Positions 19,084-26,285 of a stretch of 35,909 nucleotides of DNA are shown here, piece after piece. This stretch comes from a virus. Lineage: Duplodnaviria > Caudoviricetes. The stretch lies in IMG/VR virus record IMGVR_UViG_3300008107_000166, positions 1 to 35,909 of that record; one strand, 5' to 3'. The notes beneath the pieces were generated by a model. The model did no database searches. It worked only from the letters and a program-made list of their open reading frames with translations, and was not told the DNA's origin. Each line of letters begins with the position of its first letter. Within the stretch, counting starts at the first letter, position 1. The position numbers and the translations under genes are program-made.

Positions 19084-19385
19084 TAGGCCGTGAAGAATCC
19101 GACAGCCATGACGGCAAGCCCTGCGCCGGTCGTGATCTTCCACGGGCCGCTGGCAGAGGCAGCGTTGATCTCAAGGCTGTAAACACCAACCGGGGTGTTC
19201 GCAGCCATCGTCAACACCGTTGTGCTGTTATCCAACACGCTTAACGTGCTGGTGCCAGTCGTCGTGACCGTCACCACAATGCGATGGAGGTAGTCGCCTA
19301 CGGCACCTGTGCCACCAAGTACCTGTGCGGTCTGCGAGGCGGCCACCGTTTCATAGGGGTAACGATTCGGGCTGACAATGCTCAT
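19083..19385 (-). CDS. Small beta-rich putative virion protein (100 aa)
   Basis: ATGA-coupled to terL; Thr/Val/Ala-rich. Confidence 0.72.
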   Translation of the reverse strand: MSIVSPNRYPYETVAASQTAQVLGGTGAVGDYLHRIVVTVTTTGTSTLSVLDNSTTVLTMAANTPVGVYSLEINAASASGPWKITTGAGLAVMAVGFFTA

Positions 19386-20722
19386 ATCCGTGCTCTCCTG
19401 CTAACGGTACGGTCGTGAACCGACCACATATCGTTCAACGTGACTGTGTTTTCCGGCCCCACCATCAGCGGCTTGACCTCTGGCGCTGGGGGCTTGTCAG
19501 CGACTTCAGACCATGATACCGCAACCATACGGAAGGCGTCACTAGGGTGTGATGTCCAGTCGTGGCGCGGGGATTGCCGGTATGCCTTCTTGTCTTCGTC
19601 GTATTCGCGCTGGTACTGCCGCAGCGCCTCAATGCCATCACTGCACTTGGTTGCGTCAAACCACACCCGGGGCAGCATCATGCGTACCGCTTGGATGCCC
19701 GACTGCACGCCAATGTCGGGGACAACGGCCAGTTTGGCAATATCCAGTTGCGCGGCCAATTGCTCAATGATGCTCTTGCCAGTCTGTAGGCTCTTGGCCC
19801 GAGCGTCATGCGGTAGGTAGTGCTTGGCGTAACGGTAGGGCTTCTTCGTCACGACGTCCGCAATTGTGTGGATGTCCTCGCCCGAGACGGCATAGAAGTC
19901 GATCACGCGGATTTCGCCGCGGGTTACTTGGTAGAACCATATTGCCGTGTCGTCTCTCCACCCCAAGTCCCATGCGGTGTATACGGGCATACCGGGGTCA
20001 TACGGCACGTTGGTGATGCGGCCTTGGTCGTTAGCCTCGCGCATTTCCTTACCAAAAAAAGCGCCGAGAATCGCAGCCTCAAAACTGCACTCGTATTCCT
20101 GTAGATACTGATCCTCGGCCAACTGCGCTTTGGCGGCTGCTAGTTCAGTCGCCGGTAATAACCCGCTGCTGGAGGCAGGCAAACGCAACAGGAACCATTC
20201 TTGCGGCAAGCGTTGTGCGGTGTCGTAGATTTCCCAGAACTGGTTTTTGCCCTTCGGTGTACCGCCGAAAACGCACCAACCCTGCTTGTCCGAGAGGGAC
20301 GCTCTTAATACGTTACCGAATACGCTCGGCTTGAAGTCGCCGTACTCGTCAAGGTACAGCCCCGAAAAGCCTAACCCGCGCATGGCGTCAGCATTATCAG
20401 CACCGAACAAGCGAATCTGACTACCGTTGATTAGCGTGATGGTCAGTTCTTGTTCGTTGATGCTTTGGATGATTGGGTGTGCGCCGTCCTTGAAGTATTG
20501 CCATGCCACGGCCTTTGCCTGACTGCGATAGGGGGCAACGTAGCCAAATAGTCCATAAGGCTGCTGGTACATCGCAGCAGCGCGGATCATGTCGTTCACG
20601 GCGGCGACGGTCTTACCTGCGCGGCGGTGTGCGACGAGACAAGCCCAGCGTTTAGTGCGCTCATGGAACGGCATGAACGCCTTGCGTGGGCGGTAGGGGA
20701 GGATTATTCGGGAGCCATCCAT
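19382..20722 (-). CDS. terL: Terminase large subunit (446 aa)
   Basis: Walker A AHRRAGKT, Walker B GLYLDEY, coupling motif GTPKG, nuclease motifs AWDLG and HPSDAFR. Confidence 0.96.
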   Translation of the reverse strand: MDGSRIILPYRPRKAFMPFHERTKRWACLVAHRRAGKTVAAVNDMIRAAAMYQQPYGLFGYVAPYRSQAKAVAWQYFKDGAHPIIQSINEQELTITLINGSQIRLFGADNADAMRGLGFSGLYLDEYGDFKPSVFGNVLRASLSDKQGWCVFGGTPKGKNQFWEIYDTAQRLPQEWFLLRLPASSSGLLPATELAAAKAQLAEDQYLQEYECSFEAAILGAFFGKEMREANDQGRITNVPYDPGMPVYTAWDLGWRDDTAIWFYQVTRGEIRVIDFYAVSGEDIHTIADVVTKKPYRYAKHYLPHDARAKSLQTGKSIIEQLAAQLDIAKLAVVPDIGVQSGIQAVRMMLPRVWFDATKCSDGIEALRQYQREYDEDKKAYRQSPRHDWTSHPSDAFRMVAVSWSEVADKPPAPEVKPLMVGPENTVTLNDMWSVHDRTVSRRARI

Positions 20723-21006
20723 CCGATCTGTACCTTGACCGGGCCGTTGTCCTTGCCTGTGATCTCTTGGCGAGCAAGTTTGGGAACGTGGTATTCCAGC
20801 AACGTGCTAAAGCACTCAAAGGCAGCCTGTGGCCCCTTCTCCGCAGCGATCTCGTCTAGCCACCCTTGGAGACGGTCTGCATTGCCGTCCACAAACGCTG
20901 CAATAGCCTCTCTGGCCGCCTGCGTGGACTTATTGGGCAATCCCTTGGGCCTACCCGGCCCGCCTTTCTGACCCTTTTTAAAAGCACCTGCGTTCATGTC
21001 ATTCAC
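20704..21006 (-). CDS. Probable terminase small subunit (100 aa)
   Basis: FKKGQKGGPGRPKGLPNK N-terminus and EITGKDNGPV C-terminus; directly upstream of terL. Confidence 0.75.
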   Translation of the reverse strand: MNDMNAGAFKKGQKGGPGRPKGLPNKSTQAAREAIAAFVDGNADRLQGWLDEIAAEKGPQAAFECFSTLLEYHVPKLARQEITGKDNGPVKVQIGWMAPE

Positions 21007-22228
21007 GCTTCAGTATCTTGACCTTCTTTTCTTCGCCGGGGAACACGACGAAGTTACGAGTCCCGCTGCCGCCTTGGCCTCGGCTGCCTGCGTCTAGGTA
21101 TCGGATGCCGGGGATGCCCATGCGCTTCATCACTTCTGACGCTAAAGGAGAAGCCTCCATAAACATTGCTTGATCGCCAAGGTTCATTCGTTTTGCAAAA
21201 TCAATAACTTTTGGTTTGCCTTGCTCTAGTCCTCTATAAATAGCCTTAAACAACGCCATGCCATTCGCGCCGCTTTCTCCAAATCCACCGTACTCCATAT
21301 CTAATGCTTTTACGGCTTGTGCGAACTGACGAGGGCCATCATCGTTAGGACGTAAATATCCCAGTTCTTTCAAAATTGGAGTTGCAAGTTCGCGTTGCTC
21401 ACTTAACGGCTTATCCCAATCCAGCATCCGATCTACCATTTCGTCGGGTAGGTCGGCGGTGTAAAAACTGCCTTTTGGCTTAATTGTTTGCAAAACTGGC
21501 CTTTCGCCAGCATCTAACAACTTTAATGCTTGTTTTGCTGAATCTGCAACAGACTTTGATCCGCCCGGTCTTGTTAATGCAGTTAAAGAATCACGAGCAT
21601 TATCTATATTATTTGACTCTTCGCTTAACACGCGAGCAAGCAAATGATTAGGTATTGAAGAATCAAGCAACTGCCCATCAACGTAATCATCAGAGTGCGT
21701 TAAAGCAGTTTGGTAACTTTTCGCAACGCCCGGGCTTTCGGCAAGGTAAATGCCATGCCCATACGCCTGTGCGCCCTCACCTGTGCCGATTTTGCTGGCG
21801 TCAAATTCCTCAAAGCGGTGCGGGCTGCCGTGGTAAACGTCAATTTCGGCCATTGGCGGCTTGCCGCGCATCGGGCCGAGCATCTCGCCTACCACTTCGC
21901 CTGCGCCTAACGGGCCGCTCATGGCTTTGTCGGCGGTATAGCGCAATGCGTCAGCAAGTACGGACGGGTCGCGCACAATGCCTTTAACGCCCTCGTATGC
22001 GCCTTTAACCGTGCCTACGGGGTCGGTGATCAGCCCCTTCACGCCTTCCATCTGGTTGACGATGCCTTGACCGATGCCCGATGACAGGTTCTCAAGGTCG
22101 GTTCGTAAGTCGCTGCGAGCCGGTCGGGCAGGCGGCAGGTTGTCCGTCGTGGGGACGGATTCCATCATGCGCCGTCGTTGCTGCTCGTAAGCGAGTGCTG
22201 CGGCTAGGCGTTGACGGTCAGCAGCCAT
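20999..22228 (-). CDS. ADP-ribosyltransferase-like protein of the polyvalent-protein type (409 aa)
   Basis: VYHGSPHRFEEFDASKIGTGEGAQAYGHGIYLAE and GIPGIRYLD...NFVVF match the H-G-S / Y ART core seen in phage polyvalent proteins. Confidence 0.68.
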   Translation of the reverse strand: MAADRQRLAAALAYEQQRRRMMESVPTTDNLPPARPARSDLRTDLENLSSGIGQGIVNQMEGVKGLITDPVGTVKGAYEGVKGIVRDPSVLADALRYTADKAMSGPLGAGEVVGEMLGPMRGKPPMAEIDVYHGSPHRFEEFDASKIGTGEGAQAYGHGIYLAESPGVAKSYQTALTHSDDYVDGQLLDSSIPNHLLARVLSEESNNIDNARDSLTALTRPGGSKSVADSAKQALKLLDAGERPVLQTIKPKGSFYTADLPDEMVDRMLDWDKPLSEQRELATPILKELGYLRPNDDGPRQFAQAVKALDMEYGGFGESGANGMALFKAIYRGLEQGKPKVIDFAKRMNLGDQAMFMEASPLASEVMKRMGIPGIRYLDAGSRGQGGSGTRNFVVFPGEEKKVKILKRE

Positions 22229-22515
22229 TACTTGTTCCTGCTGCTAATGGCTTTAGCCTTGGCTCGGGCGTCCTCCTTGCTAGAGGCTCCCCATGCCTTG
22301 AGTGCGAGGGCTAGGCGTGTGGGCTTACCGTCCTTTGCCATTGGCCCCGGCATATTGCCCATACGGGCCAAGAACGAGGCTCGGCGTGGGTTGTCGCCCG
22401 ACTTCACAGGGGGCTTCAGTGTCCCGCCCGTCTCACGCTTATACGAGGCACGGCCCTTGGCGTTCAGTCCGCCCTTGGCATTTTGCCCCTCTTTGCGTGT
22501 CCAAGCCGCGCTCAT
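22228..22515 (-). CDS. Small highly basic protein (DUF6321-like, 95 aa)
   Basis: KGGLNAKGRASY...LKPPV...RRASFLARM...ALKAWG pattern; Lys/Arg-rich. Confidence 0.75.
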   Translation of the reverse strand: MSAAWTRKEGQNAKGGLNAKGRASYKRETGGTLKPPVKSGDNPRRASFLARMGNMPGPMAKDGKPTRLALALKAWGASSKEDARAKAKAISSRNK

Positions 22516-22667
22516 TTATTTTCTTTCTTGACCGTCTTGGCGCTCTCACGAAACGCCTTGGCTGTCGGTGCGCCGGGTTCACCGGGCTTACGCATACGCT
22601 CGCCACTGCCCGCCTTGATGCGCTCTTGTTTGGCGAGAATATTGGCATAGAGACCGGGTTTGTTCAT
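22512..22667 (-). CDS. Small basic protein (51 aa; not in ORF track)
   Basis: Translates MNKPGLYANILAKQERIKAGSGERMRKPGEPGAPTAKAFRESAKTVKKENK; ATGA overlaps at both ends. Confidence 0.8.
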   Translation of the reverse strand: MNKPGLYANILAKQERIKAGSGERMRKPGEPGAPTAKAFRESAKTVKKENK

Positions 22668-23032
22668 TTGAACCGCTCCAATTTGTACAGCAGGGCGGCA
22701 ATTTCGCCCACGATTTCGTCGATAATGTTCTGCAAATCGGTGTCTTTGGGCAGGTCTTTGCGGATGCCCTTGACGAACGTCAGCAGGCTGTTGGCGTACT
22801 TGGCCGCATCGGTCTGTACCTTAAACCCTTCAGGGTAGTCGGCCAGCGGGATGATCCCGTAGTGGCCTTGATAGGCTTCCGCGTACTTATCGGCCAAGTC
22901 CACGATGTTTTGGTAGTAATGCCCGAGTGCCTTGTGGGCGGCATAACTGGCCGTCTGCAAATGCAGAAAATGCGTGGCCGTGCTGCTGTGTAGCAATACG
23001 CCTACAAATTCGGCGGCGTCTTTGTGGCTCAT
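22664..23032 (-). CDS. Ferritin/Dps-like four-helix protein (DUF5856-like, 122 aa)
   Basis: HFLHLQTASYAAHKALGHYY...DKYAE resembles the Dps ferroxidase signature. Confidence 0.75.
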   Translation of the reverse strand: MSHKDAAEFVGVLLHSSTATHFLHLQTASYAAHKALGHYYQNIVDLADKYAEAYQGHYGIIPLADYPEGFKVQTDAAKYANSLLTFVKGIRKDLPKDTDLQNIIDEIVGEIAALLYKLERFK

Positions 23033-23640
23033 TGCGGCGTTAGCCTCAAGGTGGGCAGGATTATTGCAGTCGTAGCATCCCCTACCGCGTATCGCTCTGT
23101 CAATACTCGCTCAGGCGGGTATACGAGGATGCGCTTGGTCAAGTCAAATTGCATGGCGTTCCATACCCCCTTCTCCACGCCCTCAAAGTCGTCAAGCGTA
23201 ATGATTGTCTCGGGGGTACACAGCCGAACGAGGTGTTCCCGGTCATCCGCCTGTAGCCGCCCGTCAAGGTGCAGCAGGTCGATCTTGCCGTCTAGTTTGG
23301 CAAGCATCTCGGTGCTGCTTGTGTGGTACTGGGTGATCTTGGTTGCAATCGGGAGTTTGAAATCGTGCGTCATGTCGCAGGTATGGACGTCAGCGCCCAG
23401 CCGCGACAGCACAAACGTCGATTTGCCAATGTACGTACCGACCTCGGCTACGGTCTTGGGCCGGAAGTAGCGTATAACCGCCCATAAGGCGATTAGGGAG
23501 GCGTGGTTGGTGCTACCAGTACGTCGGGCAGGGTCTAACTTCTCAAGGTCTTCGATAACGTGCCACGGCAGGTCAGGCAAGTCGGCAAATAGGGTGTCCC
23601 AGATAGCCCGTGAGAGTCGCCTTCGGTTCAAGTTCAGCAT
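23029..23640 (-). CDS. Class I SAM-dependent methyltransferase (Methyltransf_24-like, 203 aa)
   Basis: Motif I VAEVGTYIGKST, plus IDLLHLDG and IITLDD. Confidence 0.85.
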   Translation of the reverse strand: MLNLNRRRLSRAIWDTLFADLPDLPWHVIEDLEKLDPARRTGSTNHASLIALWAVIRYFRPKTVAEVGTYIGKSTFVLSRLGADVHTCDMTHDFKLPIATKITQYHTSSTEMLAKLDGKIDLLHLDGRLQADDREHLVRLCTPETIITLDDFEGVEKGVWNAMQFDLTKRILVYPPERVLTERYAVGDATTAIILPTLRLTPQ

Positions 23641-23652
23641 ATAGTTTCCCTA
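23617..23652 (+). promoter_or_regulatory. Putative leaderless sigma70 promoter for the inverted glycosyltransferase
   Basis: TATAGT at 23640-23645 lies 6 nt before ATG 23652; weak -35 TCGCCT at 17-nt spacing; no SD present. Confidence 0.5.
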
Positions 23653-24314
23653 TGTTTGTATTTTTTCATGTAGGCGAGGACATCGCCCAGCCCACCGCGA
23701 TGGTGTTTTCCATCCGCGACCACAACCCCGACGCGACCATCATTCAGGTCAGCGACAAAAACACCCCGCCCGTGCCGGGTGTCTCGCGGGTGTTCGTGAC
23801 CGAGGGCAACCGGCAGTTTCTGATGCAATGGCGTACCAATGCCTTTGCGGAACTTGGGCTGACTGAACCTGCCATGTACATGGATACCGACATGATCGTG
23901 CGGCACCCCATCGACCCTGCCGCGATCTTGCGCGGAACCGTTGCGATGACCCGGCGTGACTTTAACCGCGAGGCGATCTTTAACATCCGCCAGCGCGGTC
24001 AGGATTACTCGGAATACGAGGGTAAGACGCTGGATGAAATCTACCCGTTCGTCGGCTGCTGCACGATCACGGCGGATTGGGGCGTGTGGGCCGACCTTGC
24101 GGAAATGTACAACGCCCTGCCCGACAAGTTCCGGGTCTGGTACGGCGACCAAGAGGTTTTGCGAGAGTACGCCAAACGTGCCGCCGTACAACACTTGCCA
24201 GAAGCGCACTACGCTTGCTTGCCTGAGTACCTTGCCCAATACCCCGACCCGGCCATCGTCCATTACAAGGGTCACCGCAAACTGCTCATGTTTAGCGATA
24301 CTGCTCGGGCTTGA
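23652..24314 (+). CDS. GT-A fold glycosyltransferase, GT8-like (220 aa)
   Basis: DxD in MYMDTDMIV, WYGDQEVL, and IVHYKGHRK (GT8 DQ and HxxGxxK motifs). Confidence 0.85.
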   Translation: MFVFFHVGEDIAQPTAMVFSIRDHNPDATIIQVSDKNTPPVPGVSRVFVTEGNRQFLMQWRTNAFAELGLTEPAMYMDTDMIVRHPIDPAAILRGTVAMTRRDFNREAIFNIRQRGQDYSEYEGKTLDEIYPFVGCCTITADWGVWADLAEMYNALPDKFRVWYGDQEVLREYAKRAAVQHLPEAHYACLPEYLAQYPDPAIVHYKGHRKLLMFSDTARA

Positions 24315-24612
24315 TCGCGGCTAGATACCGTTCCATTAACTCCCTGACGGTTTCCTCGGGGTCACGGGCGACGTAGAACTCTTGTCGTGGCTCAAAGATG
24401 GCGGCAAACCGCTCTTGGCTAGGACGTAGTTTCCCCTTCTCGACCTTGATTTCCACCCAGCATATCCACGGTGTTCCGTCCGGTAGGTCTCGCACCACGA
24501 GCCGATCCGGTACGCCGCCGTTTGAGGCGTAGTCGAGGACGACGAACCCGGCGGCTGTCAACGCCTGACCGATTAGACCATCGTTCGCGTCCCGCCTCGC
24601 TCGGTATCTCAT
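24292..24612 (-). CDS. VRR-NUC / PD-(D/E)xK nuclease (106 aa)
   Basis: RRDAN...GVPDRLV...WVEIKVEKGKLRPSQERF. Confidence 0.85.
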   Translation of the reverse strand: MRYRARRDANDGLIGQALTAAGFVVLDYASNGGVPDRLVVRDLPDGTPWICWVEIKVEKGKLRPSQERFAAIFEPRQEFYVARDPEETVRELMERYLAAIKPEQYR

Positions 24613-24671
24613 CCCGTGCCTCGTTGATGCAGCGGCCTAACCATATTTGCCACCATACCCGATTGATTTTT

Positions 24672-25211
24672 TTAAGCGGAGGCACGCGCACGTAGCCGCT
24701 CCGCGCCTTTTTCCCCAAACAGCGACCTAACCAAGCCTCGCAGCGACGGATCGCCCCAAACGGCTTTTGCGTCAGCGTCACGCACTAACAAGCCAACTTG
24801 GTCGCGCAGCCATTCAATGCGTTCCTCGTGCTGCGGTTCGTCCTGTCTAACCATATAACGGCCATGCAAAGCATCCGCGAGTTTGAGTTTACCGAGGGGT
24901 GTTGGCACCACAAACTTGTCCCAATGCCACGCGCTTTGCTTGTTGTAACCCTCGTACCGCTGGTTTTCGGCAGCAATTTGCTCGGCGGATTTGACGGGTT
25001 TTTCACCCGGTGCAGGTTTAGCGCGTTGAAGGTCAAACAGACCCTGCCACTGGTTACTGATGGATTGATTGACCACCGCATCTTGGTCAGCGCCGTACTT
25101 GACCAGTTTCATCTGCATGGCGTGTTCGCTGGCAGGTTTGATCGGTTTGCGTATCGCTGTCCGGTAGGCTTTCCACCTATCCCATGCTGACGTGTCTAAT
25201 CCTTCCATCAT
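24672..25211 (-). CDS. Replication-protein C-terminal-type domain protein (179 aa)
   Basis: AWDRWKAYRTAIRKPI...VVNQSISNQWQGLF is the pattern found at the C-terminus of lambdoid replication initiators; ATGA-coupled to the upstream gene. Confidence 0.68.
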   Translation of the reverse strand: MMEGLDTSAWDRWKAYRTAIRKPIKPASEHAMQMKLVKYGADQDAVVNQSISNQWQGLFDLQRAKPAPGEKPVKSAEQIAAENQRYEGYNKQSAWHWDKFVVPTPLGKLKLADALHGRYMVRQDEPQHEERIEWLRDQVGLLVRDADAKAVWGDPSLRGLVRSLFGEKGAERLRARASA

Positions 25212-25672
25212 GCTGTTGGACTCCAATTGCCGTGAGCCTTTTTTATACCCACGATTTTCAAGATATCACTAAAATTTTGACCTTGTTGCAGGCCATATTG
25301 TTCGCGCATTTTGACTTTGCGAACCTCCCACGTATCGGCATCTGCAATGGTTTGCAACGCGGCAGCCATTGCTGTTTCGTCGTAATTCGGAACGCGCAAT
25401 ACAATAATTCCGCTGCGATAAAAATTGTACTGATCGCGAGCGGCATCATAATTCTTGTCATGTGTCAAACCGTCAATTTCAACCGCTATGCCTAATTTGT
25501 GGCACCAGAAGTCAAACAACCGACAACCCCAAATTGTTTGCGTGTTCCATTTATGTTCTGTGAATTTTAGTTTTTGTTTTGCCCACAGTTCTGCCTCAAC
25601 AATTTTGCTTTTGTTTTGTTTTTGCCTTTCTCTCATGTACTCGGCTTGGTCACTTCGTACTATCCATCTCAT
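25208..25672 (-). CDS. DUF559 / Vsr-like endonuclease (154 aa)
   Basis: FDFWCHKLGIAVEIDGLTH...DAARD...GIIVLRV; visibly more AT-rich than its neighbours; SD AGGGG. Confidence 0.82.
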   Translation of the reverse strand: MRWIVRSDQAEYMRERQKQNKSKIVEAELWAKQKLKFTEHKWNTQTIWGCRLFDFWCHKLGIAVEIDGLTHDKNYDAARDQYNFYRSGIIVLRVPNYDETAMAAALQTIADADTWEVRKVKMREQYGLQQGQNFSDILKIVGIKKAHGNWSPTA

Positions 25673-25924
25673 GGCATTACCCCTAATGCTCGGAAGCCCG
25701 GGAATGACCCCCCTACCCCCCTTAAATCGGAAGGTAGTGAGGTCATGCCTAAATGCCCGTATAGCCACGGTTGTTTAGACCCGCTGGACTTTGGTAAGCG
25801 ATGCCCAGCCCGCCCAAATAGGCGGCCCTTCGCCAACAGATTTGCCCCATGTTGAGGGGGCGCGTGGTGGGGTGTTTGACACGGCTAGAACAGCGGTGTA
25901 CATTTTCCATCACGCGAATGTAGC
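25673..25924 (-). ncRNA. Candidate structured leader RNA of the leftward operon
   Basis: Series of hairpins, including an 18-position stem at 25704-25746 whose three G-U pairs form only on the minus-strand transcript; no convincing CDS. Confidence 0.55.
25876..25904 (+). promoter_or_regulatory. Rightward sigma70 promoter (counter-transcript)
   Basis: TTGACA (25876-81), 17 nt, TACATT (25899-904). Confidence 0.72.
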
Positions 25925-25930
25925 CCTTTC

Positions 25931-25959
25931 AGCGTAAGGCAGCCCCCCTGCCGCGTCAA
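25931..25959 (-). promoter_or_regulatory. Leftward sigma70 promoter for the replication/late operon
   Basis: On the minus strand TTGACG, 17 nt, TACGCT; the spacer contains the inverted repeat GGCAG-N5-CTGCC. Confidence 0.62.
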
Positions 25960-25987
25960 CCCCCTTAATTGGGGGTTTGTCGTTTCT
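25958..25987 (+). terminator. Intrinsic terminator-like hairpin
   Basis: AACCCCC-TTAATT-GGGGGTT followed by TGTCGTTTCT. Confidence 0.6.
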
Positions 25988-26004
25988 GGCCTCGAGTAAA
26001 CGCA

Positions 26005-26172
26005 TTACCGGCCCTTTGGGGGCTTTACCTGCCCTGCCTTGGCCTGCCACAGCCTCGCAGCCGGGATCGTCCCAGCCTTCAGCCATTGGCTCACAGCGCC
26101 CTTGGTCACGCCAAACGCCTGCGCTACAGCCTGCTGGCTACCGTATCGTTTGATAAGTTTCTGTATGTCCAT
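26005..26172 (-). CDS. cro: Cro-like HTH repressor (55 aa; not in ORF track)
   Basis: Translates MDIQKLIKRYGSQQAVAQAFGVTKGAVSQWLKAGTIPAARLWQ..., a classic Cro HTH (AxAxGVTxxAVSQW...IP). Confidence 0.9.
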   Translation of the reverse strand: MDIQKLIKRYGSQQAVAQAFGVTKGAVSQWLKAGTIPAARLWQAKAGQVKPPKGR

Positions 26173-26179
26173 GACGCGG

Positions 26180-26208
26180 ACTATAGCGGCCTAAACTTTT
26201 TTCGTCTA
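26180..26208 (-). promoter_or_regulatory. Leftward promoter producing a leaderless cro mRNA
   Basis: TAGACG, 17 nt, TATAGT, then 7 nt to the ATG; no SD. Confidence 0.72.
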
Positions 26209-26241
26209 GGGTGTTGACATCGGCGTATAGGTTGCTAAACT
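26182..26241. promoter_or_regulatory. Two putative Cro operators TATAG-N4-CTAAACT
   Basis: Copies at 26182-26197 and 26226-26241, 44 bp apart; imperfect palindromes, each overlapping a -10 box. Confidence 0.7.
26214..26241 (+). promoter_or_regulatory. Rightward early promoter
   Basis: TTGACA, 16 nt, extended -10 TGcTAAACT; SD AGGAG precedes ATG 26286. Confidence 0.75.
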
Positions 26242-26285
26242 GGCCTTGTTGACAGACACAACCGCTACCACAAACAGGAGCCACC

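Larger units (their letters stand above)
25911..25987 (+). ncRNA. Candidate ~75-nt antisense RNA (OOP-like position)
   Basis: Bounded by the promoter above and the terminator-like hairpin at 25958-25977; no + strand gene is served by this promoter. Confidence 0.5.

Noticed and set aside
23634-24275. 213-aa minus-strand ORF spanning the inverted glycosyltransferase and ending at the methyltransferase start
   Set aside because: It is the mirror frame of a gene with clear GT motifs. A ribosome-bridging role is conceivable but unsupported.
25574-25855. 93-aa + strand ORF containing PPTPLK, reminiscent of initiator linkers
   Set aside because: It is on the opposite strand to the replication gene and overlaps DUF559; the C-tract is better explained by the minus-strand hairpin.
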